The notes beneath the pieces were generated by a model, which saw nothing but the letters and a program-made list of their open reading frames with translations, searched no databases and was not told the origin of the DNA. 62,687 bases of DNA from NCBI GenBank assembly GCA_964516285.1, contig CAZEWP010000001.1, positions 13,272 through 75,958 of the forward strand. The letters are read 5' to 3'. Positions 1 through 10,128 of the stretch are shown in pieces; the first letter of the stretch is position 1, and every line of letters starts with the position of its first letter. The position numbers and the translations under genes are program-made. The DNA is from an uncultured Candidatus Saccharimonas sp. GTDB taxonomy: Bacteria > Patescibacteriota > Saccharimonadia > Saccharimonadales > Saccharimonadaceae.

Positions 1-954
1 GTCTAATGATAAAATGATCTCTTCACCGTCATATTTTAGTTTTGCATCAACCAAAGGGGCTTGATGCCGAACTCGAATCTGATAATCACCTTCTTTTGGT
101 GCTTGATTTATCCAGTGAACACTAGTTAGGTTAATGGTTTCGCGCCACAAGGCCTCATCATTAAGATCGGTCGTGACATAAACTTCGTTTTTTGTCATAT
201 TCTTGCCAGCCACATAATAGGGTAATCCACCCCCCAGATCTAAACCGCGCCGTTGGCCGATGGTAAAAAATAAGGCTCCTTGGTGTCGACCGAGAATTTG
301 CCCAGTTTTTTTGTCAACGATATTACCAGGTGAAGTTTCCACATACAAGCTCAAAAAATCTTTAATATCTACTTGACCAATAAAACAAATCCCTTGCGAA
401 TCTTTTTTAAGGGCCGTCTTTAAATGATATTTCTTAGCTAAAACTCGAACCTCTGGTTTAGTTAGCTCGCCCAATGGAAAAATGGTTTTAGCCACCGCTT
501 CACCAGTAATACGATACAAAAAATAAGTCTGATCTTTTTTTACATCAGTGGCTTGAAGTAACAGATTATCTTTAGATTTAGCATAATGACCGGTTGCAAT
601 CATCTCTGCCCCTTCTTTTAGGGCGGTTTCTAAAAATAATTTAAACTTAATCTCTTGATTGCACATAATATCTGGATTTGGTGTTAGCCCCAACTGGTAT
701 TGTTGAATCATATAATCAACGACCTTATCGCGATATTCTTTCTCAAAATCGAAAACCTGAAAATCAATTCCCAACTGAACTGCAACTCGTTTGGCGTCAG
801 CTAAATCCTCAGCCCAAGGACACTTCATGCCTGGTAAATCCTGACTCCAATTTTTCATATAGACACCTGTCACTTGATGACCAGCTTTAACTAATAGCGT
901 AGCTACTACTGATGAATCAACACCTCCACTTAAGCCAACAAAAACTCGTGCCAT
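1..954 (-). CDS. mnmA: tRNA 2-thiouridylase MnmA, partial (C-terminal part runs off the left window edge)
   Basis: Absent from the ORF track because it is open at the window edge. The reverse complement from 954 reads MARVFVGLSGGVDSSVVATLLVKAGHQVTGVYMKNW..., with the SGGVDSS PP-loop typical of MnmA/TrmU. Confidence 0.85.
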   Translation of the reverse strand, partial: MARVFVGLSGGVDSSVVATLLVKAGHQVTGVYMKNWSQDLPGMKCPWAEDLADAKRVAVQLGIDFQVFDFEKEYRDKVVDYMIQQYQLGLTPNPDIMCNQEIKFKLFLETALKEGAEMIATGHYAKSKDNLLLQATDVKKDQTYFLYRITGEAVAKTIFPLGELTKPEVRVLAKKYHLKTALKKDSQGICFIGQVDIKDFLSLYVETSPGNIVDKKTGQILGRHQGALFFTIGQRRGLDLGGGLPYYVAGKNMTKNEVYVTTDLNDEALWRETINLTSVHWINQAPKEGDYQIRVRHQAPLVDAKLKYDGEEIILSLD

Positions 955-955
955 T

Positions 956-1564
956 TTAACCGACCACCTTTTGAGTAAGATAGAAAACGACAATTTTGGC
1001 CAGTTCACTGGTGGCCAACCACCAACCTCGAGGTGTTAACCACCACAGATAAGGCGACCATTCTTGATCAACAGTTGTAGAATGATTTAAAATCTTAACA
1101 TCTTTAATTCGTTTTACGAACTCTAAGCTGGCTCGGCGCTGATGGTAACCAGAAGTGACTAAGATAGCTTGTTTGGTGGCTAACTCACGAAAAATAGTCT
1201 TGGTGTTTTGAGCGTTCTGTTGAGTGTTATTAGAATATTCATCCAACCAAATTGAAAGAGCCGGCACACCAGCTTGGGTGGCAATTATTTTCATTTCAGC
1301 GGCATTGCTCAAACTAGTTTTGTCTTGGGCTGCTCCTGAAAAAATTAGTTTTTTAGCCCAACCATTCTGATAAAGTTTAACGGCTTCCTCAACTCGAGCT
1401 TTAGTATTACCACCACTGACCACCACAATGGCATCAACTGCCTGACAACCGGCCGTCGAATCCGGCTTAAGACCACAACTCCTTAAATCATCAATATCTA
1501 AATAACAACTAATAGCTAAAACAACTGCCACTAAAATTATAATTAAAAGAATTAGGCGCTTCAT
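956..1564 (-). CDS. DUF218 (YdcF/SanA/ElyC-like) envelope protein
   Basis: 202 aa with an N-terminal TM helix. The VVVSGGNT ... LIFSG ... ILVTSGYHQRRA pattern is characteristic of DUF218. Confidence 0.7.
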   Translation of the reverse strand: MKRLILLIIILVAVVLAISCYLDIDDLRSCGLKPDSTAGCQAVDAIVVVSGGNTKARVEEAVKLYQNGWAKKLIFSGAAQDKTSLSNAAEMKIIATQAGVPALSIWLDEYSNNTQQNAQNTKTIFRELATKQAILVTSGYHQRRASLEFVKRIKDVKILNHSTTVDQEWSPYLWWLTPRGWWLATSELAKIVVFYLTQKVVG

Positions 1565-2718
1565 AAGCCCAACCTCTTATATTCTTGTTGAATAACTTTA
1601 ACCATGATTTTTAAAGCTTGCTCGATCTCCAAGGCTGTGCTTGGGCGACCAAGCGTCAAACGCAAACTACCTTGCCAATAGTCAGCTGGTAAACCAAGAG
1701 CTTTGGTGATTGGCAAGTCTAACGGCTGATAAGCCGAACAAGCACTACCAGTCGCCACTAAAACACCTTGTTCTTCTAGTAGATAAACTATTCTTTCGCT
1801 ATCCAACTTAGGTAAAGCTAGATAGATAAAATTCGGTAAACAAAATTTCGGATGACTCGCCACTATTGCCTGTGGAAAAGCTGTGGTTAAGCCAACTAAT
1901 AATTTATCTTTTAGCTCTTTGATCCGCCTTACTTCAGCCTCTCTTTTCTGAGAAACTAGCTCTAAAGCTTTAGCCAGACCAATTACCCCCGGAACATTTT
2001 CTGTCCCTGAGCGCCAATTATTTTCCTGACCACCACCATAAATTAGTGGTTTCAACTTAACCCCGCTTTTAACATAAAGAACCCCCACTTGCTTAGGGCC
2101 ATAAATTTTACCAGCGTTGATTGTCAATAAATCAACTCCTAGTCGGGCTAAGTTAATTTCTAAATAACCAATCGCCTGTGAAGCATCACAATGTAAGAGT
2201 AAAGGTCTATTAATCCCCAATTCTAATCGGCGTTGGCGCTCTTCTTTAATAAGCTGAGTAATTCTTGCTAACGGCTGAATCGTGCCGAGTTCATGATTAG
2301 CTAAAGCCACACTAACTATTCCAACTTCTTCGTTTAAATATTTTTTAACTTCTTCTAGTTTTAAGCGACCATATTTATCAACGGCTAAGACTTGAACTTG
2401 GTGTTGCTCGGCCGTCCTTAAAACCGCTGGATGCTCAATGACAGTGGTCAAAATTTTTCCAGTCACATGATTGAGAGCTAGGTTGACAGATTCAGTCGCT
2501 CCAGCTGTCATCACAATCTCAGAAACTTTAGCTCCTAAAAAACTAGCAATTTGCTGTTTAGCCTGCTGATAAGCTTGTCGCACTTCCACTGCCGGCCAAT
2601 AAAGGCTGGCTGGATTATAAAAATTATCTGACCAGTAGGGCGTCATCGCCTTAACCACCGCCTGATCTACTGGTGTAGCGGCGGCATAATCTAAAAAGAT
2701 AGGCCTAGTCTTTGACAT
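1561..2718 (-). CDS. Cysteine desulfurase (class V aminotransferase, NifS/IscS-like)
   Basis: 385 aa. PLP-lysine context NAGKIYGPKQVG, HCDASQA, and catalytic Cys loop ATGSACSA. It overlaps the downstream gene by 4 nt. Confidence 0.85.
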   Translation of the reverse strand: MSKTRPIFLDYAAATPVDQAVVKAMTPYWSDNFYNPASLYWPAVEVRQAYQQAKQQIASFLGAKVSEIVMTAGATESVNLALNHVTGKILTTVIEHPAVLRTAEQHQVQVLAVDKYGRLKLEEVKKYLNEEVGIVSVALANHELGTIQPLARITQLIKEERQRRLELGINRPLLLHCDASQAIGYLEINLARLGVDLLTINAGKIYGPKQVGVLYVKSGVKLKPLIYGGGQENNWRSGTENVPGVIGLAKALELVSQKREAEVRRIKELKDKLLVGLTTAFPQAIVASHPKFCLPNFIYLALPKLDSERIVYLLEEQGVLVATGSACSAYQPLDLPITKALGLPADYWQGSLRLTLGRPSTALEIEQALKIMVKVIQQEYKRLGL

Positions 2719-2737
2719 CTTAATCTAATTATACCGT

Positions 2738-3475
2738 TTATGCCGTTTTTTTGTCAGGGCCAAAAGCCTGATAGCCGTCGGTTTGACTAGTCGCCACCGA
2801 CACAACTGGCTGGGGCGCATAGAGGCGAGAAGTGTAGTGATATTTTTGCGTAATACGGTAATGATAAATTTGTGTAGCTTTATCAAGATTATCTAGCTCG
2901 GGTCCATCGCCCAACAACTCTCTTAATTGCATTTCTTTATTAGAAGATTTCAAAACCCCCATCGGCAAGACTTCATAGTGAACTGTCACTGGGGCTAAAC
3001 CTTGTTTATTGCCACCATGATAAGCCCACCAATTGCGCTCATCAGTATTGAAAAAACGAAAACCTTCAATTCGAAAGATATCAGCTCCAATTAAGCTCTC
3101 TTCTTCAATTAAATCTTCCTCAGTCGCCGACTCTAGCAAGCTATTTAACAACTTAAAAGCGACTTTTTTATGCCAAGCACCATTATGAATTTGTTGGCGG
3201 TAAGGATTATTAGACAAGAACATATCACGAGCTTCTTTTATCTCTTGACCTCTTCTTGTAACACGATCAATAATCTCTTCATTGATTCGCTCTGCCTGAT
3301 TATCTAGAAAAACAGCTTCGACCTCTCGGCGAGCTGAAGCTACCTCTTCGGCGTTTTCAAACTGGCTGTCATCAACAACCTCTCTTTCAGAAGCCTCTTG
3401 AGCCAACTCTTGACTATAAGAAGCTGACTGAGGAATCTCATAAACACTGGGACTGTTTTCTTTATTGGGTAACAT
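2738..3475 (-). CDS. Hypothetical acidic protein
   Basis: 245-aa ORF co-directional with its neighbours. I recognise no motif. Confidence 0.5.
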   Translation of the reverse strand: MLPNKENSPSVYEIPQSASYSQELAQEASEREVVDDSQFENAEEVASARREVEAVFLDNQAERINEEIIDRVTRRGQEIKEARDMFLSNNPYRQQIHNGAWHKKVAFKLLNSLLESATEEDLIEEESLIGADIFRIEGFRFFNTDERNWWAYHGGNKQGLAPVTVHYEVLPMGVLKSSNKEMQLRELLGDGPELDNLDKATQIYHYRITQKYHYTSRLYAPQPVVSVATSQTDGYQAFGPDKKTA

Positions 3476-3529
3476 AAAAACTACCTCCTGTTTTTTTAGA
3501 CAGGATACCTCCTTCTTTTTTTGCCGGGG

Positions 3530-4297
3530 TTAGTGAAATTTTATTTGAAACAGAGTTTCAATATTTTTAGTCGTGGCCGAAGCAACTGCTTCCTCGGAAA
3601 GATTCCGTTGACGACCAAAACACCTAACCACCTCTCTCACATATGTAGGCTCATTTACTTTACCACGAAAGGGGTGAGGGGTCAAGTAGGGAGCGTCTGT
3701 TTCTAAGATTAATTTATCAAGAGGAATAGCCTTAAAGGCCTCTTGTTGAGTTTGGTCTTTAGTGAAAGTGACTAGTCCATTAACACCAAGATATAAGCCT
3801 CGCTTTAAAGCCATCTCAACATTAGCTTGATTATCCGAAAAAGAATGGAGCACTCCTCTGATTGACTGATAGTTATCAAAAATTGGCCAAAAATCAGCAA
3901 AAGCCTCTCGAACATGAAAAACAATTGGTAAATCATATTTTAAGGCTAGCTCAATCTGTTGCTGTAAAACTTTTTGTTGGTTTGCTGGCTCACTATAATT
4001 GTAATGGTAATCTAAGCCAATTTCTCCAATCGCTACCAGCTGGGGATTGTCTTTATTCTCTTTAATCAACTGCTCCAAGTCACCTAGGCCTTGATCGGCA
4101 TAATGCGGATGAACCCCAATTGTCGCAAACAGGTTAGGCTTATTTTTTACAAAAGCCAGCGCTCTTTGCGACTTTTGGTAATCGGTGCCAATACAAATAG
4201 CTCCGCCGACGCCATTTTTACGAGCCCGCACCAAAACATCTTTAACTGGTAAAGGATACTCTAATTCATGAATATGACAATGCGCATCAACTATCAT
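3530..4297 (-). CDS. tatD: TatD-family metal-dependent hydrolase/DNase
   Basis: 255 aa. Starts MIVDAHCHI and has the EIGLDYHY and ETDAPYL motifs of TatD. It overlaps metG by 4 nt. Confidence 0.85.
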   Translation of the reverse strand: MIVDAHCHIHELEYPLPVKDVLVRARKNGVGGAICIGTDYQKSQRALAFVKNKPNLFATIGVHPHYADQGLGDLEQLIKENKDNPQLVAIGEIGLDYHYNYSEPANQQKVLQQQIELALKYDLPIVFHVREAFADFWPIFDNYQSIRGVLHSFSDNQANVEMALKRGLYLGVNGLVTFTKDQTQQEAFKAIPLDKLILETDAPYLTPHPFRGKVNEPTYVREVVRCFGRQRNLSEEAVASATTKNIETLFQIKFH

Positions 4298-5781
4298 TGA
4301 GTTTCTTTTAACTTAGGGTCGGGTGTATGTAGATAAATTTTAGGGAACAACACTTGCTCGGACTGTTTAATAACTCCCGTTTCAAAAATAGTCTTAATTT
4401 TAGTAGCCGACTCTGGCAAAAAAGGCATTAGTAAGTCTGCAATTTGTAGTAGCGCACTAACCGCATAGCCTAAAATATCAGCTAAATGAGCTGTGGCTTC
4501 TGGGTCGGACTCTCGTTTTTTGGCAATTTTCCAGGGTTCGACACTATCAATATACTGGTTAAGATTCCGAATCTTAACCCACACTTCATCTTGAGCCTTA
4601 TCAAACTCCATCTTATCCATCAACCGATGGTAAGCTTTCATATCATGTTCTTTTTTAGGGATCTCACCAATCACACCAGCCTGATAGCGATTAATCATTC
4701 CCGCTAATCTTTGGACTAAATTACCTAAATCGTTAGCTAACTCTCCATTATAGGCTGTCTCAAATTTCTCCCAAGTAAAATCACCATCGTCAAGAGTTGG
4801 AATATGACGCGAAAAATAATAACGAAAAGCATCCAAACCGTAATTTTGAATTATCTCAAAAGGATTTACTCCATTACCCAAACTCTTGCTCTGCTTAGAA
4901 CCTCCAACATTTACCCAACCATGCACTAATAAAGCCTTAGGTAATTCTAATCCTAGCCCCAAAAGAATAATTGGCCAAATTCCTAGATGAAAACGCATAA
5001 TGTCTTTACCTAAAACTTGAACATCAGCCGGCCAAGTTTGTTGCCAGTCGTCGCCATCCGGAAAACCAATCACAGATAAGTAATTAGACAAAGCATCAAA
5101 CCAAACATACATCACCTGGCTAGAATCACCTGGCACAGGAATCCCCCAACTTAGGCTCTTAACTGGTCGCGAAACACTAACATCCTGGAGCCCGTCTTTA
5201 ATCATTTCCAAAAATTCTTTTTTACGAAATTCTGGATAAATCTTAATCCTATCTTCTACTAACGCTTGACGGATTGGCTCAGTAAAGGCACTGGCTCGTA
5301 AAAAATAGTTTTCTTCGCTAATCCGCTGGTAAGGAGCTTGGTGGTCAGGACAAGTGCCGTTATTAGCATTGACTTCCTTGTCGGTCACAAAGGCCTCACA
5401 ACCAGCACAATACCAACCTTCATATTTATCTTTATATAAATAAGGTTGAAGCTTCTGCCAGATATACTGCACAACTTGCATATGTCGCTGGTCGGTGGTT
5501 CGGACCACATCAGTGTAGCTAGTACCAATCGCCTTGATTAGCGATTCAAATTCTAAGAAAATCTTATCAACAAAAACCTGAGGTTCAACCCCAGCTTCTG
5601 TGGCTTTGGAGGCAATTTTACTACCATGCTCGTCAGTCCCGACGCTTAAACGAACTGCTTGACCATTCTGTTTCTTATAGCGCGCTAAAATATCAGCCAA
5701 TAAATAATCTATGGTATGGCCAATATGAGGACTACCGTTGAGATACGGAATAGCTGTTGTAATATAATACTTTTTATCCAT
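4294..5781 (-). CDS. metG: Methionyl-tRNA synthetase (short form)
   Basis: 495 aa. HIGH-type PHIGHT, KMSKS-type KQSKSLGN, and Cys knuckle CAGCEAF...CPDH. No C-terminal tRNA-binding appendix. Confidence 0.9.
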   Translation of the reverse strand: MDKKYYITTAIPYLNGSPHIGHTIDYLLADILARYKKQNGQAVRLSVGTDEHGSKIASKATEAGVEPQVFVDKIFLEFESLIKAIGTSYTDVVRTTDQRHMQVVQYIWQKLQPYLYKDKYEGWYCAGCEAFVTDKEVNANNGTCPDHQAPYQRISEENYFLRASAFTEPIRQALVEDRIKIYPEFRKKEFLEMIKDGLQDVSVSRPVKSLSWGIPVPGDSSQVMYVWFDALSNYLSVIGFPDGDDWQQTWPADVQVLGKDIMRFHLGIWPIILLGLGLELPKALLVHGWVNVGGSKQSKSLGNGVNPFEIIQNYGLDAFRYYFSRHIPTLDDGDFTWEKFETAYNGELANDLGNLVQRLAGMINRYQAGVIGEIPKKEHDMKAYHRLMDKMEFDKAQDEVWVKIRNLNQYIDSVEPWKIAKKRESDPEATAHLADILGYAVSALLQIADLLMPFLPESATKIKTIFETGVIKQSEQVLFPKIYLHTPDPKLKETQ

Positions 5782-5789
5782 TATGTTTA

Positions 5790-6569
5790 TTATAACACGA
5801 GCAACTGGTAAATCTTTTTCCAGTCTGAAATCGTTAAATTCTCAGCCCGACAATCAGGGTTAATACCTGACTCCAACAACGCTTTAATGATTGTATCTTT
5901 AGATAACCCTAAGCCAGTGGCTAAACTAGTTTTAATTTTTTGGCGCTTCTTAGAAAAACCAGCCTTAACTAAGCGAAAAAACCTTTCCTCATCTAGTTCA
6001 GCAATCAAGGACTGGCTTCTTGGCCTTAAGATTACCACCTGACTGTCTACTTTAGGTGGAGGGGTAAATAAACCAGCTGGCACCACCACCCCCAATTCCA
6101 CTTCAGCTCGCACCTGCACGCTGATTGACAGTAAAGAATGCTTCTGTTTAATCGCCACCAACCTTTCGGCGACTTCTTTCTGAACTAATAAAACAACTAG
6201 TTGCGGTTGGTCGGGGCTAGTCAACAGTTTTTGAATAATTAGACTAGTTAAATAATAAGGAATATTAGCCACTACTTTATAACCTGTCGGAAGTGTCGTT
6301 AAATCAAACTTTAAAATATCCTCATTCACCACCACTAAATCTTTGCCCGGAAATTGTCCAGGTAATTTTTCAGCTAAAGCCTTATCTAGCTCAACCGCCA
6401 CAACTCGCCGAGCTCTCTTTAACAAACGACTAGTTAAAGTTCCTAGACCAGGACCAATCTCTAAGACGGTTTCATCTTTTTGAAGCTCAGCATAATTAGC
6501 AATCTCTTCTAAAATAGCTGGATCTTTTAACCAATGTTGTCCTAAAGCTTTATTATTCTTAAGCGACAT
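5790..6569 (-). CDS. rsmA: 16S rRNA (adenine1518/1519-N6)-dimethyltransferase
   Basis: 259 aa. GQHWL ... VLEIGPGLGTLT is the SAM motif typical of KsgA/RsmA. Confidence 0.85.
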   Translation of the reverse strand: MSLKNNKALGQHWLKDPAILEEIANYAELQKDETVLEIGPGLGTLTSRLLKRARRVVAVELDKALAEKLPGQFPGKDLVVVNEDILKFDLTTLPTGYKVVANIPYYLTSLIIQKLLTSPDQPQLVVLLVQKEVAERLVAIKQKHSLLSISVQVRAEVELGVVVPAGLFTPPPKVDSQVVILRPRSQSLIAELDEERFFRLVKAGFSKKRQKIKTSLATGLGLSKDTIIKALLESGINPDCRAENLTISDWKKIYQLLVL

Positions 6570-6570
6570 C

Positions 6571-7881
6571 TTATTGATTATGAGTAGCTAAAATATCCCG
6601 AGCGTAACCAATCCTGGTTGACTCTCGACAGATACCACATCGTTCAAACTGATTCTGAAAAATCTGAACCACCTCAACTAAACTATTCGAATTCTTAATA
6701 CCATTTAAAACAGTTGGGTAGCTATTGTTTAATTCAAACATCAAAAAATCAAGTTGGACATAAATATTATCATAATTAGCCCACGACATTAAATTGTCCC
6801 GTCGGCCACCTGTCCACTGAGCAATCCCCAACCCTCCCGGAGTATCAGAAGTGTTAAAACGATGCTCTTGTTTTAGGTTGCCCATAATCCCAGCTGTTTG
6901 AATTGGCGTGAAACCATGTTCACGCAAATAGTCCCAAGTAATTTTCTCATTTTCTGAAGGTGTGGTGTATTTACCCTTAACTCCAACCGCCTCAATTTGA
7001 GAGACTGGCTGTTCTAAAATAACACTCGCGATTTCTCGACGATTAACCTCTATGCCGTTTTCCATTAAAATCTCATATGATACTTGTCTTGAACCTTTAA
7101 CGCCAGCTTTCTTAATTTCTTGATAGCCAACTGGTCGATCAGCATCTTCAATTTTATCTATCGCAAAATCAACCGCCTCCTCCACTGTCACCACCTGCTT
7201 GCCTTCACGCCAAATTTTTAAAGCCTGGCTACTAGACAACGACTCACCTAACTCCATTGAAAGTCGATCGTTACTTTCCAGCTTTAGATTTTTTTCTTTT
7301 AAGAAATCAGCCACGGTTGGGGCAAAAGTTCGCACCACACTTTGCCGACCGTAGAGTGTCAAATTAATCACCGACGCTCTTTCTATCTCTACAGTTAGAG
7401 CAATCCCATTTTGTAAACTATCATTAGCTTTAATTGTCGCCCGATCTTCTGAAGCCATTTCAAGACCAGCACTAGCAATAATCTGTTTAGCAGTTTGAAA
7501 AGCTGTCATCACCCTCAAACGAGTCTTACCATCAATAATGACAACTGGTCGAGCTCGATAAATATTTACCCGATAACTAGAAGCTACTAGTTCTTCATCC
7601 AGCGACGGCTCCACTACATCTTGTTGGTCAACAACAAGCCCAACTTTTTCAAAAGCCTGACGCAAAGTCTTAGCGGTGGTTAAAATAGTTGTCTCTGTCC
7701 CACGATCATAAATAGTTAAAAGCCGTTCGTTATGCGCCCCTGGGGTGGGATTATTTTTAGCCTTAGCCACTTGAAAGGTTGTCAAAATCGAAAAAACAAA
7801 CAGCAAAAAAAGGCTAGCTAATAAAACACTCTTAGCCACTAACCTCACAACCCTAATTTGATTATTTATATACTTATTCAT
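6571..7881 (-). CDS. Secreted cell-wall hydrolase-like protein (RpfB-like DUF348/G5 architecture with a C-terminal phage-tail-lysozyme-like domain)
   Basis: 436 aa with an N-terminal TM anchor and repeated DUF348-like segments, followed by a G5-like region. The C-terminus GIMGNLKQEH...GLGIAQWTGGRRDNL resembles the Phage_lysozyme2 family. Confidence 0.6.
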   Translation of the reverse strand: MNKYINNQIRVVRLVAKSVLLASLFLLFVFSILTTFQVAKAKNNPTPGAHNERLLTIYDRGTETTILTTAKTLRQAFEKVGLVVDQQDVVEPSLDEELVASSYRVNIYRARPVVIIDGKTRLRVMTAFQTAKQIIASAGLEMASEDRATIKANDSLQNGIALTVEIERASVINLTLYGRQSVVRTFAPTVADFLKEKNLKLESNDRLSMELGESLSSSQALKIWREGKQVVTVEEAVDFAIDKIEDADRPVGYQEIKKAGVKGSRQVSYEILMENGIEVNRREIASVILEQPVSQIEAVGVKGKYTTPSENEKITWDYLREHGFTPIQTAGIMGNLKQEHRFNTSDTPGGLGIAQWTGGRRDNLMSWANYDNIYVQLDFLMFELNNSYPTVLNGIKNSNSLVEVVQIFQNQFERCGICRESTRIGYARDILATHNQ

Positions 7882-7962
7882 ATACCTCGCAGAAGATATT
7901 ACTTATAATTATAGCAAATCTTTTAGAAAAAAGTCACATAATAAACATTATCTTTTTAAGCT

Positions 7963-7985
7963 AAACAAGGACAGTCCTTGTTTTT
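7963..7985. repeat. Hairpin aaacaagga-cag-tccttgttt plus T-run; probable uvrD terminator and one copy of a palindromic repeat family
   Basis: Read directly. The same taaacaaggacagtcctt core recurs at 49824-49857. Confidence 0.6.
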
Positions 7986-8011
7986 ATAAAAAATGTGTTG
8001 TAATAAGTTTT

Positions 8012-10114
8012 TTACAACTTCTTTAGGCCAGCGAACTCAGGGTTAACCTTCTTCACTCCACCCCGATCAAATTCAATTTCGACAGCTCCTCCGTCAACAT
8101 CGATAACAACACCTTCGCCAAAGATAGTGGACTGAACCCTATCCCCAACCGAAAAAGGTAAATCACCAAAAAAATCATCAGACTCATCTAGTTCTACACC
8201 ATAAACCGGCTGTAAAGACTCTTGGTCATAAACTAGCGAAGGTATTTCATCAAGAAACCTCGAAGAGTGACTGCTTTCGATTGTCCCAAAACGAAAACGA
8301 GACAAAGCGTAAGATAAACATAATTTGTCTTTAGCTCGAGTCATCCCCACATAAAAAAGGCGTCTCTCCTCCTCTATGTCATTACCTTCATCAAACAAAG
8401 CTCGTGTATGTGGTAAAATTCCATCCTCTAAACCAACAACAAAAACAACCGGAAATTCCAACCCCTTAGAAGCATGCAGTGTCATCAAACTAACCCGGTC
8501 TTTTTCACTTTCTGTATCGGCACTAGATAATAAAGAAGCTTCGGTTATAAAATCTTCGAGACTATTAAACCTCTCTGTGTCTAGAAGAAGAGAGTTGATA
8601 TTAGCAATCCGCTCCTCAGAACTGGGGTCGTTGTCTGTTAAATACTCTATATAACGAGTGGCGTTAAGAAGCTCTCCCATAATCACGGCTGGTAAAACCT
8701 TATCTTCTGCTAGCTTTTTCAGTTTCTGAAAAATCTGACCTAACTGCTCTAAGGATTTTCTAGCTCCAGCCGGCAATGTAGGGATATCTGAGGCTGACAA
8801 AAGAGCCTCAATAAGATCCAACTTTTGAGCCTTTTTCCAATCCAAAAACTTCTTAAGACTGACTGGCCCCAACTTACGACCAGGCACATTGGCAATTCTT
8901 TTAAAACTAATCGTATCACTGGGTTGGAAAACAACTCTTAAATAAGCCAAGACATCTTTAACTTCAGCTCGATCATAAAATCTTAACCCACCAATAATCT
9001 TGTAAGGAATACTGTTATGAATTAAAGCTCTTTCTAGACCATAGCTCTGAGCGTTAATTCGATACAAAACAGCCATTTCGTCATAACGATAACGCCCGCT
9101 ATTCTTTAGGTCTTTAATCTTTTGAGCCACCAGATTAGCCTCTTCGGTTTCATTAAAGGTCTTATAGACTTTAATTGGCTCGCCATCTTGCCTGGCTGTT
9201 CGTAATTTTTTACTAGTCCGTTTCTGGTTATGCTGGATTAGTTCTCCAGCCCCATCTAGTATCTGTTGAGTGCTCCGATAGTTTTGCTCTAGTTTAATTA
9301 TTTTAGCTTTCTTAAAATCTTTTTCAAAATTTAAAATATTATGGAAATCAGCTCCCCGCCAAGAATAAATCGACTGCCAGTCATCACCCACCACACAAAT
9401 ATTTTGCTGATCATTAACCAGCAACTTAACTATTTGGTATTGAGCCGAATTAGTGTCTTGATACTCATCAATTAGAATATATTGAAATAGTTGCCGGTAT
9501 TTTTCTCGAACTAAAGCAGAAGTTTTGAGTAAACGAACCGTTTCGAGCAATAAATCATCAAAATCTAGCGCCCGATTTTCTTGACGAGCTTGCTCATAAT
9601 CTAGATAAGCCTGCCTAGTGTCATAAGCGTCTGGGTATGCCCTATCTTCTAGAAACTCATCTGGACCACATAAGCTATTTTTAGCCATAGATAAAACCGA
9701 ACAAAACCTTTTAGCCTTAGCCTTGTCACCACCCAGCACTTCTTTAGCTAATCGCAAGCGGTCATCTTCATCATAAATCACAAAACTAGGATTAACTCCG
9801 ATGGCTAATCCGTCATTTCTTAAAATCTTAACGCAAACACTATGGAATGTCCCCATCCAAGGTAGTTTAGAAAAATTGTGGTTAACCGCCAGCAACTTTG
9901 CCAACCGATCTTCCATTTCTTTGGCCGCTTTATTAGTAAAAGTCACAGCTAAAATCCGCCGAGGATCAACCTTATGATGCTGAATTAAGTAGGCGATTCG
10001 ATGCGTCAATGTCCGAGTTTTTCCTGTTCCAGCTCCAGCCAAAATTAAAATTGGCCCAGAGGCTACCCGCACGGCCTCAGCTTGGCTCTCGTTTAAACCT
10101 TCTAATAAATCCAT
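8012..10114 (-). CDS. pcrA: ATP-dependent DNA helicase PcrA/UvrD
   Basis: 700 aa. Walker A AGAGTGKT, motif II ILIDEYQDTN, and SF1 helicase motifs throughout. Confidence 0.9.
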   Translation of the reverse strand: MDLLEGLNESQAEAVRVASGPILILAGAGTGKTRTLTHRIAYLIQHHKVDPRRILAVTFTNKAAKEMEDRLAKLLAVNHNFSKLPWMGTFHSVCVKILRNDGLAIGVNPSFVIYDEDDRLRLAKEVLGGDKAKAKRFCSVLSMAKNSLCGPDEFLEDRAYPDAYDTRQAYLDYEQARQENRALDFDDLLLETVRLLKTSALVREKYRQLFQYILIDEYQDTNSAQYQIVKLLVNDQQNICVVGDDWQSIYSWRGADFHNILNFEKDFKKAKIIKLEQNYRSTQQILDGAGELIQHNQKRTSKKLRTARQDGEPIKVYKTFNETEEANLVAQKIKDLKNSGRYRYDEMAVLYRINAQSYGLERALIHNSIPYKIIGGLRFYDRAEVKDVLAYLRVVFQPSDTISFKRIANVPGRKLGPVSLKKFLDWKKAQKLDLIEALLSASDIPTLPAGARKSLEQLGQIFQKLKKLAEDKVLPAVIMGELLNATRYIEYLTDNDPSSEERIANINSLLLDTERFNSLEDFITEASLLSSADTESEKDRVSLMTLHASKGLEFPVVFVVGLEDGILPHTRALFDEGNDIEEERRLFYVGMTRAKDKLCLSYALSRFRFGTIESSHSSRFLDEIPSLVYDQESLQPVYGVELDESDDFFGDLPFSVGDRVQSTIFGEGVVIDVDGGAVEIEFDRGGVKKVNPEFAGLKKL

Positions 10115-10128
10115 TCTAAAAGTATAAC

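Noticed and set aside
678-890. 70-aa plus-strand ORF
   Set aside because: It lies entirely antisense within mnmA, whose frame is strongly supported by motifs.
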